From a candidate division FCPU426 bacterium (GTDB taxonomy: Bacteria; Oederibacteriota; Muellerivitia; Muellerivitales; Muellerivitaceae), in NCBI GenBank assembly GCA_963847625.1, contig CAWKAR010000013.1:120733-184732 (forward strand): DNA of 64,000 nt. Reading direction: 5' to 3'. A program made the translations under genes and the position numbers. The notes beneath the pieces were generated by a model that saw nothing but the letters and a program-made list of their open reading frames with translations, made no database searches and was not told the origin of the DNA. This document shows, piece after piece, positions 17,743 to 27,567 of the stretch. Each line of letters starts with the position of its first letter. Positions within the stretch are counted from its first letter, which is position 1.

Positions 17743-17816
17743 TGCCGATCATCTATAAAAATTATTGGAGATCGGTACGATACCACCTTCCTTATAATCT
17801 TTATTGAAAGGTGGCA
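17743..17816 (+). mobile_element. 74-bp double-hairpin MITE-like element, TG target duplication
   Basis: TGCCGATC..GATCGGTA cga TACCACCTT..AAGGTGGCA flanked by TG/TG. Removal restores ATCTGTGGC. Confidence 0.65.
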
Positions 17817-17915
17817 TGTGGCCAAGGACTAGGTTTTGCTTAATGCCTTTTAGAATAAAAAAATCTAAATTTTATTTATCTTTGTTACCTGGATTTTGTT
17901 TAATTTGGACGGTTA

Positions 17916-18101
17916 TTATTTCAAGTGATTAATTTTGGTCTCGATGTATTTAATGCTGTTATGAATCGTGTTTAAATCAGGAGCCCATGAAATGACCGCC
18001 CCGCAATCCGTGCAATAAATAAAATAGCCGTTATTCCCGTTTTGCTGGTTGCTGTAAGTCGAGAAACTTGTTTTTTTGCATCTCGGACAATTCGGCGCCA
18101 T
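17916..18101 (-). CDS. Small zinc-ribbon protein
   Basis: 61 aa with CPRC and CTDC pairs; GGGG RBS-like run upstream. Confidence 0.6.
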   Translation of the reverse strand: MAPNCPRCKKTSFSTYSNQQNGNNGYFIYCTDCGAVISWAPDLNTIHNSIKYIETKINHLK

Positions 18102-18200
18102 GTTTTACCCCCGGATAGATTGAATTCCTCAAGCGTGTTTAATTATTTTTCGTTGAGTTGTTGCCATTCATCATAATCTAAAACCGTCAATAAGAGTTCA

Positions 18201-18320
18201 CCCTTTAGGAGTTCTGATCATTTAGTGGTAAGTATCTGCCATGTAAACAATTCCGTAAGAATCAACCGCGTCTTTCACAGACTGTTTGAATGACGCGGCC
18301 GTCCCCGTCCCGTTGGCGCC
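18201..18320 (-). pseudogene. Decayed NHL-repeat fragment
   Basis: Manual translation GANGTGTAASFKQSVKDAVDSYGIVYMADTYH*MIRT resembles an NHL blade with an internal stop. Confidence 0.5.
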
Positions 18321-18459
18321 TTCAAAAAAACGATTAAATAAAGATGAGGGCATGCATGCCGGAATGCTTTAAAAGGGCTTTTCGACAAGCCCTATAATCC
18401 GTTAAGTGGTAGAATTTTCACGTCCAATACTAATGGTCCGATTATCCAAGGAGGGATTT

Positions 18460-19626
18460 ATGCGATGGGTTTTGATAGTCACCCTCTTGGAGTCAGTTGT
18501 TTTTCTTTCAGTGAGTTGCAATACCAAATACACCGTCACAGCCCTCCCCCCTTTTCCAACCCCAACCCTTTCACCCACCCCCACGTTTACCGCAACACCC
18601 CCCGCAGGGGCGTTCACCCAAACCCCTACCCCGACGAATACCTGTACCCCGACCGTAACACCCACCCCGACTAATACCTATACCCAGACCTTGGTCCCGA
18701 CGCGCAACGCGAACCACACGCCCTTTCCGGGCGCCACGTCCACACCTACCCCGACGATTACCGTGACACAACCTGCTTGGACGCCCACCCTATCGCCTAC
18801 GGCTTTCCCCACGGCTTCCTGGTCGTTGTCCGTTAGCTTCGGCCAACAAGGCACGGATGGAATCAACGGCGATTTTCAGGATCCCATGGGGATCGCTGTC
18901 GGGGCCGGTTTCATCGCCGTCAGTGATCAACCCGCATCAGCCATCGGGAATGTCCAAGTGTTCAGCGACAACGGACAATATCTCTACAACATTCCGGCCA
19001 ATCAACCCTGGGGATTGGCCCTGGATTCCTACGGGGAACTTTATGTCGCCGATTTAGGTACTTTCCAAGTCACCGGTTACTACCTCAGCATGACCGGTTA
19101 CACCCAGGACTATACATGGACAGGCCAAGGAAGCGTGGCCGGCCCTATTTGCGTCAAGATCGACGCGAACGGAAATTTGGTCGTCGGGGATTATTATGGG
19201 GCCAAAGTAGTGAACCTTTCCTGGGACAACGATTCCGTCCTGAACCAGAGCAGTGGAAGCGTAACCGTTTGGCCGCTGGACTTGGCGCTTGATCCCGGCG
19301 GGAATATTTATGTGACGGACTATAACAGTCACGGAATCCTCGACTTCAATTCTAACTACGTTTATCAAAGCGGTTTTACCGGGTCGACTTGGGCTTCGCC
19401 TGCGTCGCAATTAGGAGTGCCCTGGAGCGTCGGGGTGGACTCCCAGGGAAACCTTTTCATTTCGGACAATGCGGATAGCCGTGTGGTTTACGCCACTCCC
19501 CAAGGGAATTACCTGGGGCAACTGGATGGATTTTGCTCCCCGGTTTATTTGACGCTGGACTCATCCGATGACTTGTATGTGGTCGACAACGCATATTGTT
19601 ACCGGGTGGACGAATTTAAAAAATAA
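18460..19626 (+). CDS. NHL-repeat beta-propeller lipoprotein with Pro/Thr-rich linker, paralog 1
   Basis: AAGGAGG RBS; signal peptide with VSC; TPTPT linker; repeated P.GLALDS.G.LYVAD blades. Confidence 0.88.
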   Translation: MRWVLIVTLLESVVFLSVSCNTKYTVTALPPFPTPTLSPTPTFTATPPAGAFTQTPTPTNTCTPTVTPTPTNTYTQTLVPTRNANHTPFPGATSTPTPTITVTQPAWTPTLSPTAFPTASWSLSVSFGQQGTDGINGDFQDPMGIAVGAGFIAVSDQPASAIGNVQVFSDNGQYLYNIPANQPWGLALDSYGELYVADLGTFQVTGYYLSMTGYTQDYTWTGQGSVAGPICVKIDANGNLVVGDYYGAKVVNLSWDNDSVLNQSSGSVTVWPLDLALDPGGNIYVTDYNSHGILDFNSNYVYQSGFTGSTWASPASQLGVPWSVGVDSQGNLFISDNADSRVVYATPQGNYLGQLDGFCSPVYLTLDSSDDLYVVDNAYCYRVDEFKK

Positions 19627-19748
19627 AGGGAATACACATGAAAAAAATTATCTCTATCACAAAGGGCTTTTCGGTAAACCCTATGGTTCGTTAAGTGGTA
19701 GAATTTTCATGCTAAATACCGACGGTGCGTTTGTCTAAGGAGGGGTTT

Positions 19749-20825
19749 ATGCGATGGATATTATTATTTGTCATTTTGGGTTCGGCCGTTTTTATTTCAA
19801 TGTGCTGTAGCAGTTCCACCTCTACCGCGCCGCGGACTCCCGCAACCCCGACCGTGACCCCTACTCCGACTAATACCTATACCCCAACCTTGGTTCCGAC
19901 CCGCAACGCGAACCACACGCCCGTGCCGGGCGCAACGTCCACTCCTACCCCCACAATTACCGCAACACCTCCTTCTTGGACACCCACCCTAACGCCTACG
20001 GCTTTCCCCACGGCTTCCTGGTCGTTGTCTGTTAGCTTCGGCCAACAAGGCACGGATGGAATGAACGGTGATTTCCAGGATCCCATGGGGATCGCTGTCG
20101 GGGCCGGTTTCATCGCCGTCAGTGATCAACCCGCATCAGCCATCGGGAATGTCCAAGTGTTCAGCGACAACGGACAATATCTCTACAACATTCCGGCCAA
20201 TATCCCCTGGGGAATGACGATCGATTCCTACGGGGAGCTTTATGTCGCAGATCGAGGCGTTTCAGACATTAGAGGCTACTACCTTACCCGCACGGGCTAT
20301 ACCTTGGATTACACCTGGACCGGCCAGGGAACCGTCGTCCATCCCTTGAGTGTTAAGATTGACGCCCATGGGAATCTGGTCGTGCCCGATGCAGATGGAA
20401 CTATTTACAACCTTTCCTGGGTCGACGATTCCATCCTGAGGCAAACCACCGGAAACCCCACGACGGTTACAGCGATTGACGTTGCGTATGACGCGGCTGG
20501 AAATATCTATGCCGCGGATTACCAAAGTAAAGGGATCGTCAAATACGACGCCAACTACGCTTATCAATACGGCTTTACCGGTTCGGCTTGGGGATCTGCC
20601 GTATCGCAATTGGGCGACCCTTGGAGCGTTGCAGTGGACTCGCAGGGAAACCTTTTTATTTCCGACAATTTGGATTCCAGAGTTGTTTATGCCACGCCCC
20701 AGGGAAATTACTTGGGGGAACTCGATAACTTTTGCGCCCCAACGTTTTTGGCGCTGGATTCAGCCGATGACTTGTACGTGGTCGACTACGCGTTTTGCTA
20801 TCGAGTGGATGAATTCAAAAAATAA
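19749..20825 (+). CDS. NHL-repeat beta-propeller lipoprotein with Pro/Thr-rich linker, paralog 2
   Basis: Same architecture and clear paralogy; same C-terminus CYRVDEFKK. Confidence 0.88.
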   Translation: MRWILLFVILGSAVFISMCCSSSTSTAPRTPATPTVTPTPTNTYTPTLVPTRNANHTPVPGATSTPTPTITATPPSWTPTLTPTAFPTASWSLSVSFGQQGTDGMNGDFQDPMGIAVGAGFIAVSDQPASAIGNVQVFSDNGQYLYNIPANIPWGMTIDSYGELYVADRGVSDIRGYYLTRTGYTLDYTWTGQGTVVHPLSVKIDAHGNLVVPDADGTIYNLSWVDDSILRQTTGNPTTVTAIDVAYDAAGNIYAADYQSKGIVKYDANYAYQYGFTGSAWGSAVSQLGDPWSVAVDSQGNLFISDNLDSRVVYATPQGNYLGELDNFCAPTFLALDSADDLYVVDYAFCYRVDEFKK

Positions 20826-20836
20826 AGGAGATACTC

Positions 20837-21028
20837 ATGAAAAAAATCCTCGCTATCGTGATGATTTCATTTTTTGCCGTTTCATCCGGATGGGCCCAGA
20901 TTCACCGGAACCATACCCGGCCCCCATATCAGGGGCAAAAGAAGGTCTCCAAATCCGTCCGAATGCCGGTTCCGCGTTCCGGGGTCGCAAGGGGGACTGG
21001 ACCCAAAAGTCACATCATCGTCCGCTGA
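20837..21028 (+). CDS. Small secreted basic protein
   Basis: AAGGAG RBS; MKKILAIVMISFFAVSSGWA signal peptide. Confidence 0.6.
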   Translation: MKKILAIVMISFFAVSSGWAQIHRNHTRPPYQGQKKVSKSVRMPVPRSGVARGTGPKSHIIVR

Positions 21029-21108
21029 CCTTTTCCCGATCTTTTAAATACTCCGGGCCGCCGAGAAATGATGAGCGTTCTGTTGTTTGAAACCTTAAAA
21101 TAAAGGCC

Positions 21109-23208
21109 ATGATTCTCCCCCGCTCCACGGACAATCCCTATCCGAACCCCTGGTATTCCTTTCTGGCCTTTCTCACCACGTTCTCCCTTCTTTCTTACGT
21201 CCCCCTTTGCTTTCAAACTCAAATCACTCTGGTAATCTTGGGTCTATTCGTGCCCTGGCTGGTTCTCAGCCGAAAAGCGGCATTAAAGCGTGAAAAGTCT
21301 CTACTCCTCCAGGAGAGCTTCCTCCCCCCCGCAGCTTGGGTCGCTCTGGTCCTAGCCGCCGCCCTATTCATCCGGTTTTGGCGTTTGACCTCCCTTTCGG
21401 TCTGGCCTATGCCCGATGACGGCCTTTACTCCTATTACGCCTTGTCCCTCATTCGGGAATGGCGGTGGAAATTTTTCTTCAGCTACACGCAGGTACCGCC
21501 CCTTACGGACTGGCTCCTGGCTCTTTTCTACAAGATCATTCCACCCTCCCTTTTTTCCCTCCGGCTGTTCCCTGCCCTCTTTTCCGTCTTGACGGTCCTG
21601 GTGGGCTGGGTGGGGGCGCGTAAAATCTTCCCGCCTTCCACGGCCTTTTTCCTCCTGTTTTTCTGTGCCTTCAACTTCACCTTCCTTTACCCAGCCCAAT
21701 TCACCTTTTGGGCCTTTCTGGTTCTTTTTTTCACCGTGGGGGCGCTGGCCTCTTTGGGCCTTTGCGCCGACAAAAGCCTGACAGGAACCAGGAGCGCCCT
21801 CCTACTGGGTACGGTCACGGGCCTGGGTTTCTTCACGGGCGTCTCCTGGCCCGTGGTGGCTCTCTCGATTTCCATAGCCGCTTTTTGCGTCTATGGCCGG
21901 AAACGACGAAAGGACTTGTGGGTTTTTCTCGCGTTCCTTTCGATAGGTATCATCCTTTTTGCCGTTACGGCTCTTCGGGAAGGTTATGGCTCTCACATGC
22001 GGGCCGTCGCGATCCCAGTCGCGTCTTGGGCCCTCTTCATGGGAGAAGCCCTTAAAAAACTAGCCTCCCTCCTCTGGTATTCCCCCGACCCCGCCACATA
22101 CGGCCCCCTTTGGGGCGGCATGCTGGACCCCGTGGCCGGCGCCTTCTTTCTCGCGGGTTTGGCGGCCTGCTGGAGGCGAAGGCGGGAACCTTTCCATGCT
22201 TGGCTTCTCCTATCCTTGGGGCTTTTCCTCCTGCCGGGCCTGGTTGCGAGTAGGTTCGAAATATTCCGGAACGTCCAGGTCTTCGCGATCCTGGCCCTGA
22301 TATCAGCACTGGGTTTCCAGGAACTTTGGCGCGCCTGGCCCCTGAAAAACCCGGCGGCCCGGGGTTGGGCTTTGGCGCTTCTCATGGCGGTATCGGCTTC
22401 CTTGAGCTTTTTACATTTAAACGGCCCCTATCACCGCCTGTGGGGAACGCCGGGCCCCTTCTGGAAGAACATTAAATCGGTGGAACTTTACGAGGCTTAC
22501 AACATCCTCAAAACAATCCAAAAGGAAAGCGGGCCAGGTGCCGTACTGGCGGATCTCAGGCCAGACCCCAGCGACGTGACCTTGGCCACCGCTGTTTATT
22601 CTTTCGACGCGGCTAGCAACCCCGGGATCCCCTGGAAGGATGTCCGATGGGTTGCCGTCCTGGCTAACGCCAACTACAAGCCTTTCCTGGAGTCCCGTTT
22701 CCCCTCAGGCCGGTGGCACTGGTTGAACAAGGAAGGGGCCACGTACAACCAATACTGGATGCTGGGCATCATCCCCCTGGACGCCTCCAACGAAATGGAC
22801 CTGGCCCGGTGGATGGAGGCCGAGCGGGGTTTCCAGCCTTTCACGGATGAGCTTCTGGAATCCTTCAAACCTTCTGTCCGCGCCGGGCTGGAGGGCAAAT
22901 TGCTTTCGCTTTATCCCTTCATGCGGGGCGACCCCTTCCTGGAATCCTGCTTCTGGGAAAAAAAGATATACCTGGCCAAGATGGATGGAAATGATGGAAA
23001 AGTGTTGGAGGCCGTTCAACAGGGATTAAGCCGCGGCTATCCCCTGCCCCAACTTTTCAACGACGAAGGGGTGCTATTGGAACGGCAGGGCCGTTATGAA
23101 GAAGCCCGGAAGGCCTTCAAGAAGGCGCTTCGGGCGCCTGTAAACATCACCCCCGCGAAGGAAAACCTGGAACCCCTCGAGCAAAAATTTTCAGGCGAGA
23201 CGAAATAA
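21109..23208 (+). CDS. GT39/ArnT-like membrane glycosyltransferase with C-terminal TPR
   Basis: LFIRFWRL...WPMPDDG, PPL..WL, FSLRLFPALFSVLT; many TM helices; GRYEEARKAFKKAL TPR. Confidence 0.75.
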   Translation: MILPRSTDNPYPNPWYSFLAFLTTFSLLSYVPLCFQTQITLVILGLFVPWLVLSRKAALKREKSLLLQESFLPPAAWVALVLAAALFIRFWRLTSLSVWPMPDDGLYSYYALSLIREWRWKFFFSYTQVPPLTDWLLALFYKIIPPSLFSLRLFPALFSVLTVLVGWVGARKIFPPSTAFFLLFFCAFNFTFLYPAQFTFWAFLVLFFTVGALASLGLCADKSLTGTRSALLLGTVTGLGFFTGVSWPVVALSISIAAFCVYGRKRRKDLWVFLAFLSIGIILFAVTALREGYGSHMRAVAIPVASWALFMGEALKKLASLLWYSPDPATYGPLWGGMLDPVAGAFFLAGLAACWRRRREPFHAWLLLSLGLFLLPGLVASRFEIFRNVQVFAILALISALGFQELWRAWPLKNPAARGWALALLMAVSASLSFLHLNGPYHRLWGTPGPFWKNIKSVELYEAYNILKTIQKESGPGAVLADLRPDPSDVTLATAVYSFDAASNPGIPWKDVRWVAVLANANYKPFLESRFPSGRWHWLNKEGATYNQYWMLGIIPLDASNEMDLARWMEAERGFQPFTDELLESFKPSVRAGLEGKLLSLYPFMRGDPFLESCFWEKKIYLAKMDGNDGKVLEAVQQGLSRGYPLPQLFNDEGVLLERQGRYEEARKAFKKALRAPVNITPAKENLEPLEQKFSGETK

Positions 23209-23276
23209 ACCAGGGACTTTACGTTGGAATGCCCTTCACACAACCCTTTTCAACGAAACGGTATTTTTAATAAAAG

Positions 23277-23309
23277 AAAAGCCCCGCCGTTAATAAACCG
23301 TGGGGCTTT
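23277..23309. terminator. Intrinsic terminator between convergent genes
   Basis: AAAAGCCCC...GGGGCTTT stem. Confidence 0.6.
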
Positions 23310-23344
23310 GTATTTTTCGGTCTGTTTTTAATCTCTTTCCGCAA

Positions 23345-24862
23345 TTAGAAAAAAACTGAAATTTGGATTCCCGCGATTGGACCCCCTAAATCAATTTCCA
23401 ACGGTTTGGAACCCGCGGGGACATTGGAACCCGGCAGAAGGGGAGGCTGATTCCCATTCGGGACGGGGAGTAATAATTGGCCATTGGAAACGGGAGTGAT
23501 GACATTACCCGCTGAGGTCGGGATAACTTCCAATTCGGTTGTTTGGCCGGCGCCCACCGCTGAATTGCTGCTGTTCGTGGCTTGGAATGAATTCCCGCTG
23601 GCGAATTGGTAACCCGCGAAGGGTGAAATGACGAATGTATCCCCCAAATGCCAATCCAACCCCAGGGAAATCTGCCCTCCCGCCGCTGTTCCGGTAAAAG
23701 TACCGGAAGCAGAGTAAGCGTTGATAAGCGTGGGGATCGTGACCCCGGCTGAATAAGCGATGTTGATGGGAACGATCATGGCACCCGCTGAGATGAAAGG
23801 CTGAAAATCTCCCGATCCAAGCAGGTACCTCAGGTTCAAGCCCGCCGAAATTGCGGTGATATCGTAGGAATCCGTTACGGTTAAACCGTTATTATCGTGG
23901 GTGTTGTCGCTCACGGTTCCAACGGGAATCACGGCGAGGGGAATCCCGATTTCAAAATTGGGGCTCACCCGGTAGACGGGCTCGAACCCGATGCGGGCGG
24001 CGCCCGATGGAACCGATCCGCTGTAAGATATTGTGGGATCGATGGACTGTGCCAAGGTGACTTCATTGGTGACGGATTGGGCATTCGTATTGAAGTCGGC
24101 CAGGCTTAAAAGAAGGATAGACGGCTGGAGACGAATACCGAATTTCTTGGGCGGGTGCGACACTGCCGGCTGGCTTTGACCCGCAGGTCCGGCGGCGATC
24201 TGGGCGTCCACCCATTGCTGGTCTTCCGGGGCTAGTCTCGCCTTCAATTGGCCGACGTAATTTCCAACCGAAGGATTGGGTTTAAGCTTGTTGGAAATCC
24301 CCAAGGCCACAGCCGCATCCTTCATGTCCCCCGCCTGCATCTGGGCCGCGCCCAGATAATAATAAGCTGTGGAATCACTCGGGTTTTCCTGAACGGCTTT
24401 CTGGAACAAGGGAATTGCCGGGGTATATTGCTGCTGTTGGAAGAGGGCTATGCCCTGGGAAAAGGAATTGGCGGTTGGCGCACTTGCTGCTGCAGGAGCC
24501 GTTGCTGCCCCCGCCGCCGCGGGAGCGGTCGTCCCCACTTTGGCCTTCAAAGCCTGGATCATTGAAGCCAGCTGGGGATTGGGCTGAATGGCTTGGACCT
24601 TTTGGTAATCAGCAAGGGCCTGCTGGTATTGGCCTTGGGCGTAATAGCAGTTGGCCCGCCCCTGGAGGGCCGCCGCGTTGTTGGGATCCAGGCTTACGGC
24701 CGCGTTGAAATATTGGATGGCTTGCGGATAGTTTTGGGCGTTATAAAGCTGGAGCCCGGCGTTGTAATAATCCGCGGCGGTAGCGCCAAGGGCCTTTGTT
24801 CCTAACCCGAATATCGAAGAAGTAAGACACAGCCAGACGACAACCCACGCTTGCTTTTTCAT
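23345..24862 (-). CDS. Secreted TPR protein with C-terminal outer-membrane beta-barrel
   Basis: Signal peptide, two TPR clusters, amphipathic beta-strands and terminal ISVFF. Confidence 0.75.
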   Translation of the reverse strand: MKKQAWVVVWLCLTSSIFGLGTKALGATAADYYNAGLQLYNAQNYPQAIQYFNAAVSLDPNNAAALQGRANCYYAQGQYQQALADYQKVQAIQPNPQLASMIQALKAKVGTTAPAAAGAATAPAAASAPTANSFSQGIALFQQQQYTPAIPLFQKAVQENPSDSTAYYYLGAAQMQAGDMKDAAVALGISNKLKPNPSVGNYVGQLKARLAPEDQQWVDAQIAAGPAGQSQPAVSHPPKKFGIRLQPSILLLSLADFNTNAQSVTNEVTLAQSIDPTISYSGSVPSGAARIGFEPVYRVSPNFEIGIPLAVIPVGTVSDNTHDNNGLTVTDSYDITAISAGLNLRYLLGSGDFQPFISAGAMIVPINIAYSAGVTIPTLINAYSASGTFTGTAAGGQISLGLDWHLGDTFVISPFAGYQFASGNSFQATNSSNSAVGAGQTTELEVIPTSAGNVITPVSNGQLLLPVPNGNQPPLLPGSNVPAGSKPLEIDLGGPIAGIQISVFF

Positions 24863-25175
24863 AACCTTCCTTTCAAAGAAAATTCCCCTTCTTCGGGGTT
24901 AATTTACGGCGTATTGAAATAATTGTAACTTGCATCGAAGCTATGGGTGACACAGGATTGACCGCATTGGTCTTTTGGCCGACCAGTGGAATGGCTAATA
25001 GAAGTCCGGAAGCAATTCCAAATAAAAAAACCGATTCGTTTATACATGGCATCCTCAACCGGCCGCAACTACCGAATAATCTTAATCCGCCTATCCCGAA
25101 TTAAAAAGGAAAATATAGGATTACTTCTTAGCAATCCGGAATTTCTTAGAAAATCCTTCCCGCCATGATATTGGT

Positions 25176-25213
25176 AAAAAAAAGCCCCTCCGATTTTAAA
25201 ATCGCGGGGCTTT
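25176..25213 (-). terminator. Intrinsic terminator after satP
   Basis: AAAGCCCC..GGGGCTTT stem with an A8 run (U-tract on the minus strand). Confidence 0.7.
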
Positions 25214-25255
25214 ATATCTAACCATTACAGAGGCTGTCGTGAATTTCGAGGACGA

Positions 25256-25855
25256 TTATTTTTTCACGGGACAGATCGGCCAGACCACCCGGCCGTAAAC
25301 CTCGTTCAATACTTGTGCCAAGCCCGTATAGATGGCCGAGGCGCCGCAGACGATGCCCACGTATCCAGCCGCCTGGCCGATGCCCTCGCTGCCGGTGGCC
25401 TTCTCTACCGCCAGCATGAAGAATAAAAGAGTCAACGAACCAAACACGAACTGAAGGGCTCGGTTGAGCCTGAGGGTGCCGATGTACATGACCAGGGTGA
25501 AGATACCCCACATCGCGAGGTAAGCCGCCATGGAAGTCCCACTGGGCCCTTCCCAACCCAGGAAAGTAAGCTTGGGGAGAGTCAAAAGTGCCACCAGTGA
25601 CAGCCAGAACAACCCGTACGACGTGAATGCGGTGGCTCCGAAGGTGTTGTTCTTCTTCCATTCCATGATGCCGGCGATCACCTGGGCCAATCCTCCATAA
25701 AAGATGCCCATGGCCAGGATAGTAGAATCCAGTTTGTAGAATCCCGCGTTGTGGAAATTCAGCAGTACCGTGGTCATGCCGAAGCCAAGAAGCCCCAAGG
25801 GCGCCGGGTTGGCCGTATTATCCACCAGCTTCATTGTCTCATTTTCCCCGCTCAT
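25256..25855 (-). CDS. satP: Acetate/succinate uptake transporter (GPR1/FUN34/YaaH)
   Basis: [19 protein letters not shown]...FYGGLAQ...[15 protein letters not shown]. Confidence 0.93.
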   Translation of the reverse strand: MSGENETMKLVDNTANPAPLGLLGFGMTTVLLNFHNAGFYKLDSTILAMGIFYGGLAQVIAGIMEWKKNNTFGATAFTSYGLFWLSLVALLTLPKLTFLGWEGPSGTSMAAYLAMWGIFTLVMYIGTLRLNRALQFVFGSLTLLFFMLAVEKATGSEGIGQAAGYVGIVCGASAIYTGLAQVLNEVYGRVVWPICPVKK

Positions 25856-26143
25856 ATTTTCTCCTTCCGAATTGTCGGCCGGCCCTTGACGACAGCAGGC
25901 CCTTAAGATGAAACGGCTATGTTGTCAACAGACATGGCGGATGATACTCCGGGTCTTGAATTCCGGCAAGCCGGTAAATTACGCGATAGAGTCAGGGTTT
26001 CCTGCGGAATAATATTTATTTCAATTCAACTTCCCAATAAATGTCTTGCGTTCCTTTAAATGGCGACTAAAGCCTTCTAAAACCTATTTGAATGTCGGCT
26101 TTTTGTAGTGTGGACCGGTGAGTTCATCGTTTAGAATAAGGAT

Positions 26144-27079
26144 ATGAATAAAAACTTTTTTTCAATATTTTCACCAGTATTCATATTCGCGATCGCTGTG
26201 GGAATAGCCTCGGCCTCGGGGGGCGGTTCACAAGCGCCGAAACCCTTCCAACTCCCCCCGCAATACGTTCTGGAAAAAATTCAGGGTACCGTTCTGATTC
26301 TATCCAAGGGTACCAAAAAACCGGAACCAGCCGAGTTGGAGGAAACAGTCCAAGGGGGAGATGAAATCATCACGCGGTCCGGTTCCGAAGCATCCCTGAC
26401 CTTGAACGAAACCACCATGTTCCACCTATCGCCTGACAGCCATGTGAAGGTGGCCGAGCTAACCCGTAATACCCCCGTCAATTTCATCACTAGGCTGGAG
26501 CTGGCCGCCGGTAAGATCCTCGCCCAAGTCGAGAAGCTGGGAAAAAGTCATTCCGTATTCGAGATCGAAGCGGGTGGCGTGGTCTGCGGGGTCCGCGGAA
26601 CCGCCTTTGAGGTCCAAAAAGATGATTCGTCGATCCAAACCACTACCTTTGAGGGTGTGGTGGAAATGCGGAAAGGCGGCCTGAAACAGCTTATTTCGGC
26701 AAACCATCACGCGGAATTTTCCCGCGGGCAGAATGTCTTCCAGCTCCAACGGACGCTGACCGAACGGGAGAAGGCGCAGTTTGAAAACTGGCAAAAGCTG
26801 CAGGATCTCGTCAGTCGCAGGCAGATAGAACGCGCGGCCTTACTGAAAAACTATGATACCCTTCCCCAGGACGAGCAAACCCGTATCTGGCAAAAAGTCC
26901 AACAAGTCAAAGGAAAAGACCGCCTGAAAGCATTGCGTCAGATTTTGCAGGAGAAAAATCTTCAAAAACGCAACCAAACCAAGGAGCAGGCCGCCTTGGA
27001 AAGGGCCCAATCCCTGAAAGACCTCCAACATACCCGTCAACAAGCCCAGGAACAACGCGAGTTAGAGGAAAAGAAGTAG
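26144..27079 (+). CDS. FecR-domain secreted protein with coiled-coil tail
   Basis: GDEIITRSGSEASL...LELAAGKI...VCGVRGTAFEV...FEGVV. Confidence 0.8.
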   Translation: MNKNFFSIFSPVFIFAIAVGIASASGGGSQAPKPFQLPPQYVLEKIQGTVLILSKGTKKPEPAELEETVQGGDEIITRSGSEASLTLNETTMFHLSPDSHVKVAELTRNTPVNFITRLELAAGKILAQVEKLGKSHSVFEIEAGGVVCGVRGTAFEVQKDDSSIQTTTFEGVVEMRKGGLKQLISANHHAEFSRGQNVFQLQRTLTEREKAQFENWQKLQDLVSRRQIERAALLKNYDTLPQDEQTRIWQKVQQVKGKDRLKALRQILQEKNLQKRNQTKEQAALERAQSLKDLQHTRQQAQEQRELEEKK

Positions 27080-27129
27080 CGGACTGTAAGGCTAATTATC
27101 CCTTTAATATCCTGCTGACCCCAGAAAAC

Positions 27130-27165
27130 AAAAAAACCTCCGGTTGTTAGACCAGAGGTTTTTTT
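27130..27165. terminator. Bidirectional intrinsic terminator
   Basis: A7-CCTC...GAGG-T7 between convergent genes. Confidence 0.7.
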
Positions 27166-27177
27166 GCTGCTTTTCTT

Positions 27178-27483
27178 TTACTTGCTGACCTTTACGGTCT
27201 GGCCATAGACCGACACCCAACTCGTGATGATGTTTAATAAGCAATCCACGAAAGACATTTGGGACGTTACGGTATAATTGTTCGTCAAGTTGTTCTCCAG
27301 CGCCATTTTCTCCCCGTCCACCTTGTTCAAGGGAATCAATCCCCACAGAATATACCACTCCCGGTTGGTAGCGACGGTTTGGCCCGAGCCCCCGTTCCCG
27401 ACCGTATGGTTAAGGGTGAAGCAACCCGAAAGGGACATAGATAAAAAACCGGCGCAAAATAAAAGGCGAATGGCTTTTTTCAT
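27178..27483 (-). CDS. Bor/Iss-like lipoprotein
   Basis: LSGC lipobox; WYILWGLIPL; terminal TVKVSK; AAGGAG RBS. Confidence 0.7.
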   Translation of the reverse strand: MKKAIRLLFCAGFLSMSLSGCFTLNHTVGNGGSGQTVATNREWYILWGLIPLNKVDGEKMALENNLTNNYTVTSQMSFVDCLLNIITSWVSVYGQTVKVSK

Positions 27484-27567
27484 GGAATGCTCCTTAAGGA
27501 ATCTAAGATCATCAAAGCTGAATGGATTATAACCATTCCCGGGCGGGTGGGGTTAGGAAATCAGGTT

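Larger units (their letters stand above)
16471..17830 (-). repeat. GCCACGGAT element, copy D, interrupted by IS30 and the miniature element
   Basis: 16471-16624 and 17692-17742 are together near-identical to the reverse complement of copy B. Confidence 0.8.

Noticed and set aside
27178..27483. Prophage marked by a Bor-like gene
   Set aside because: No phage genes nearby.
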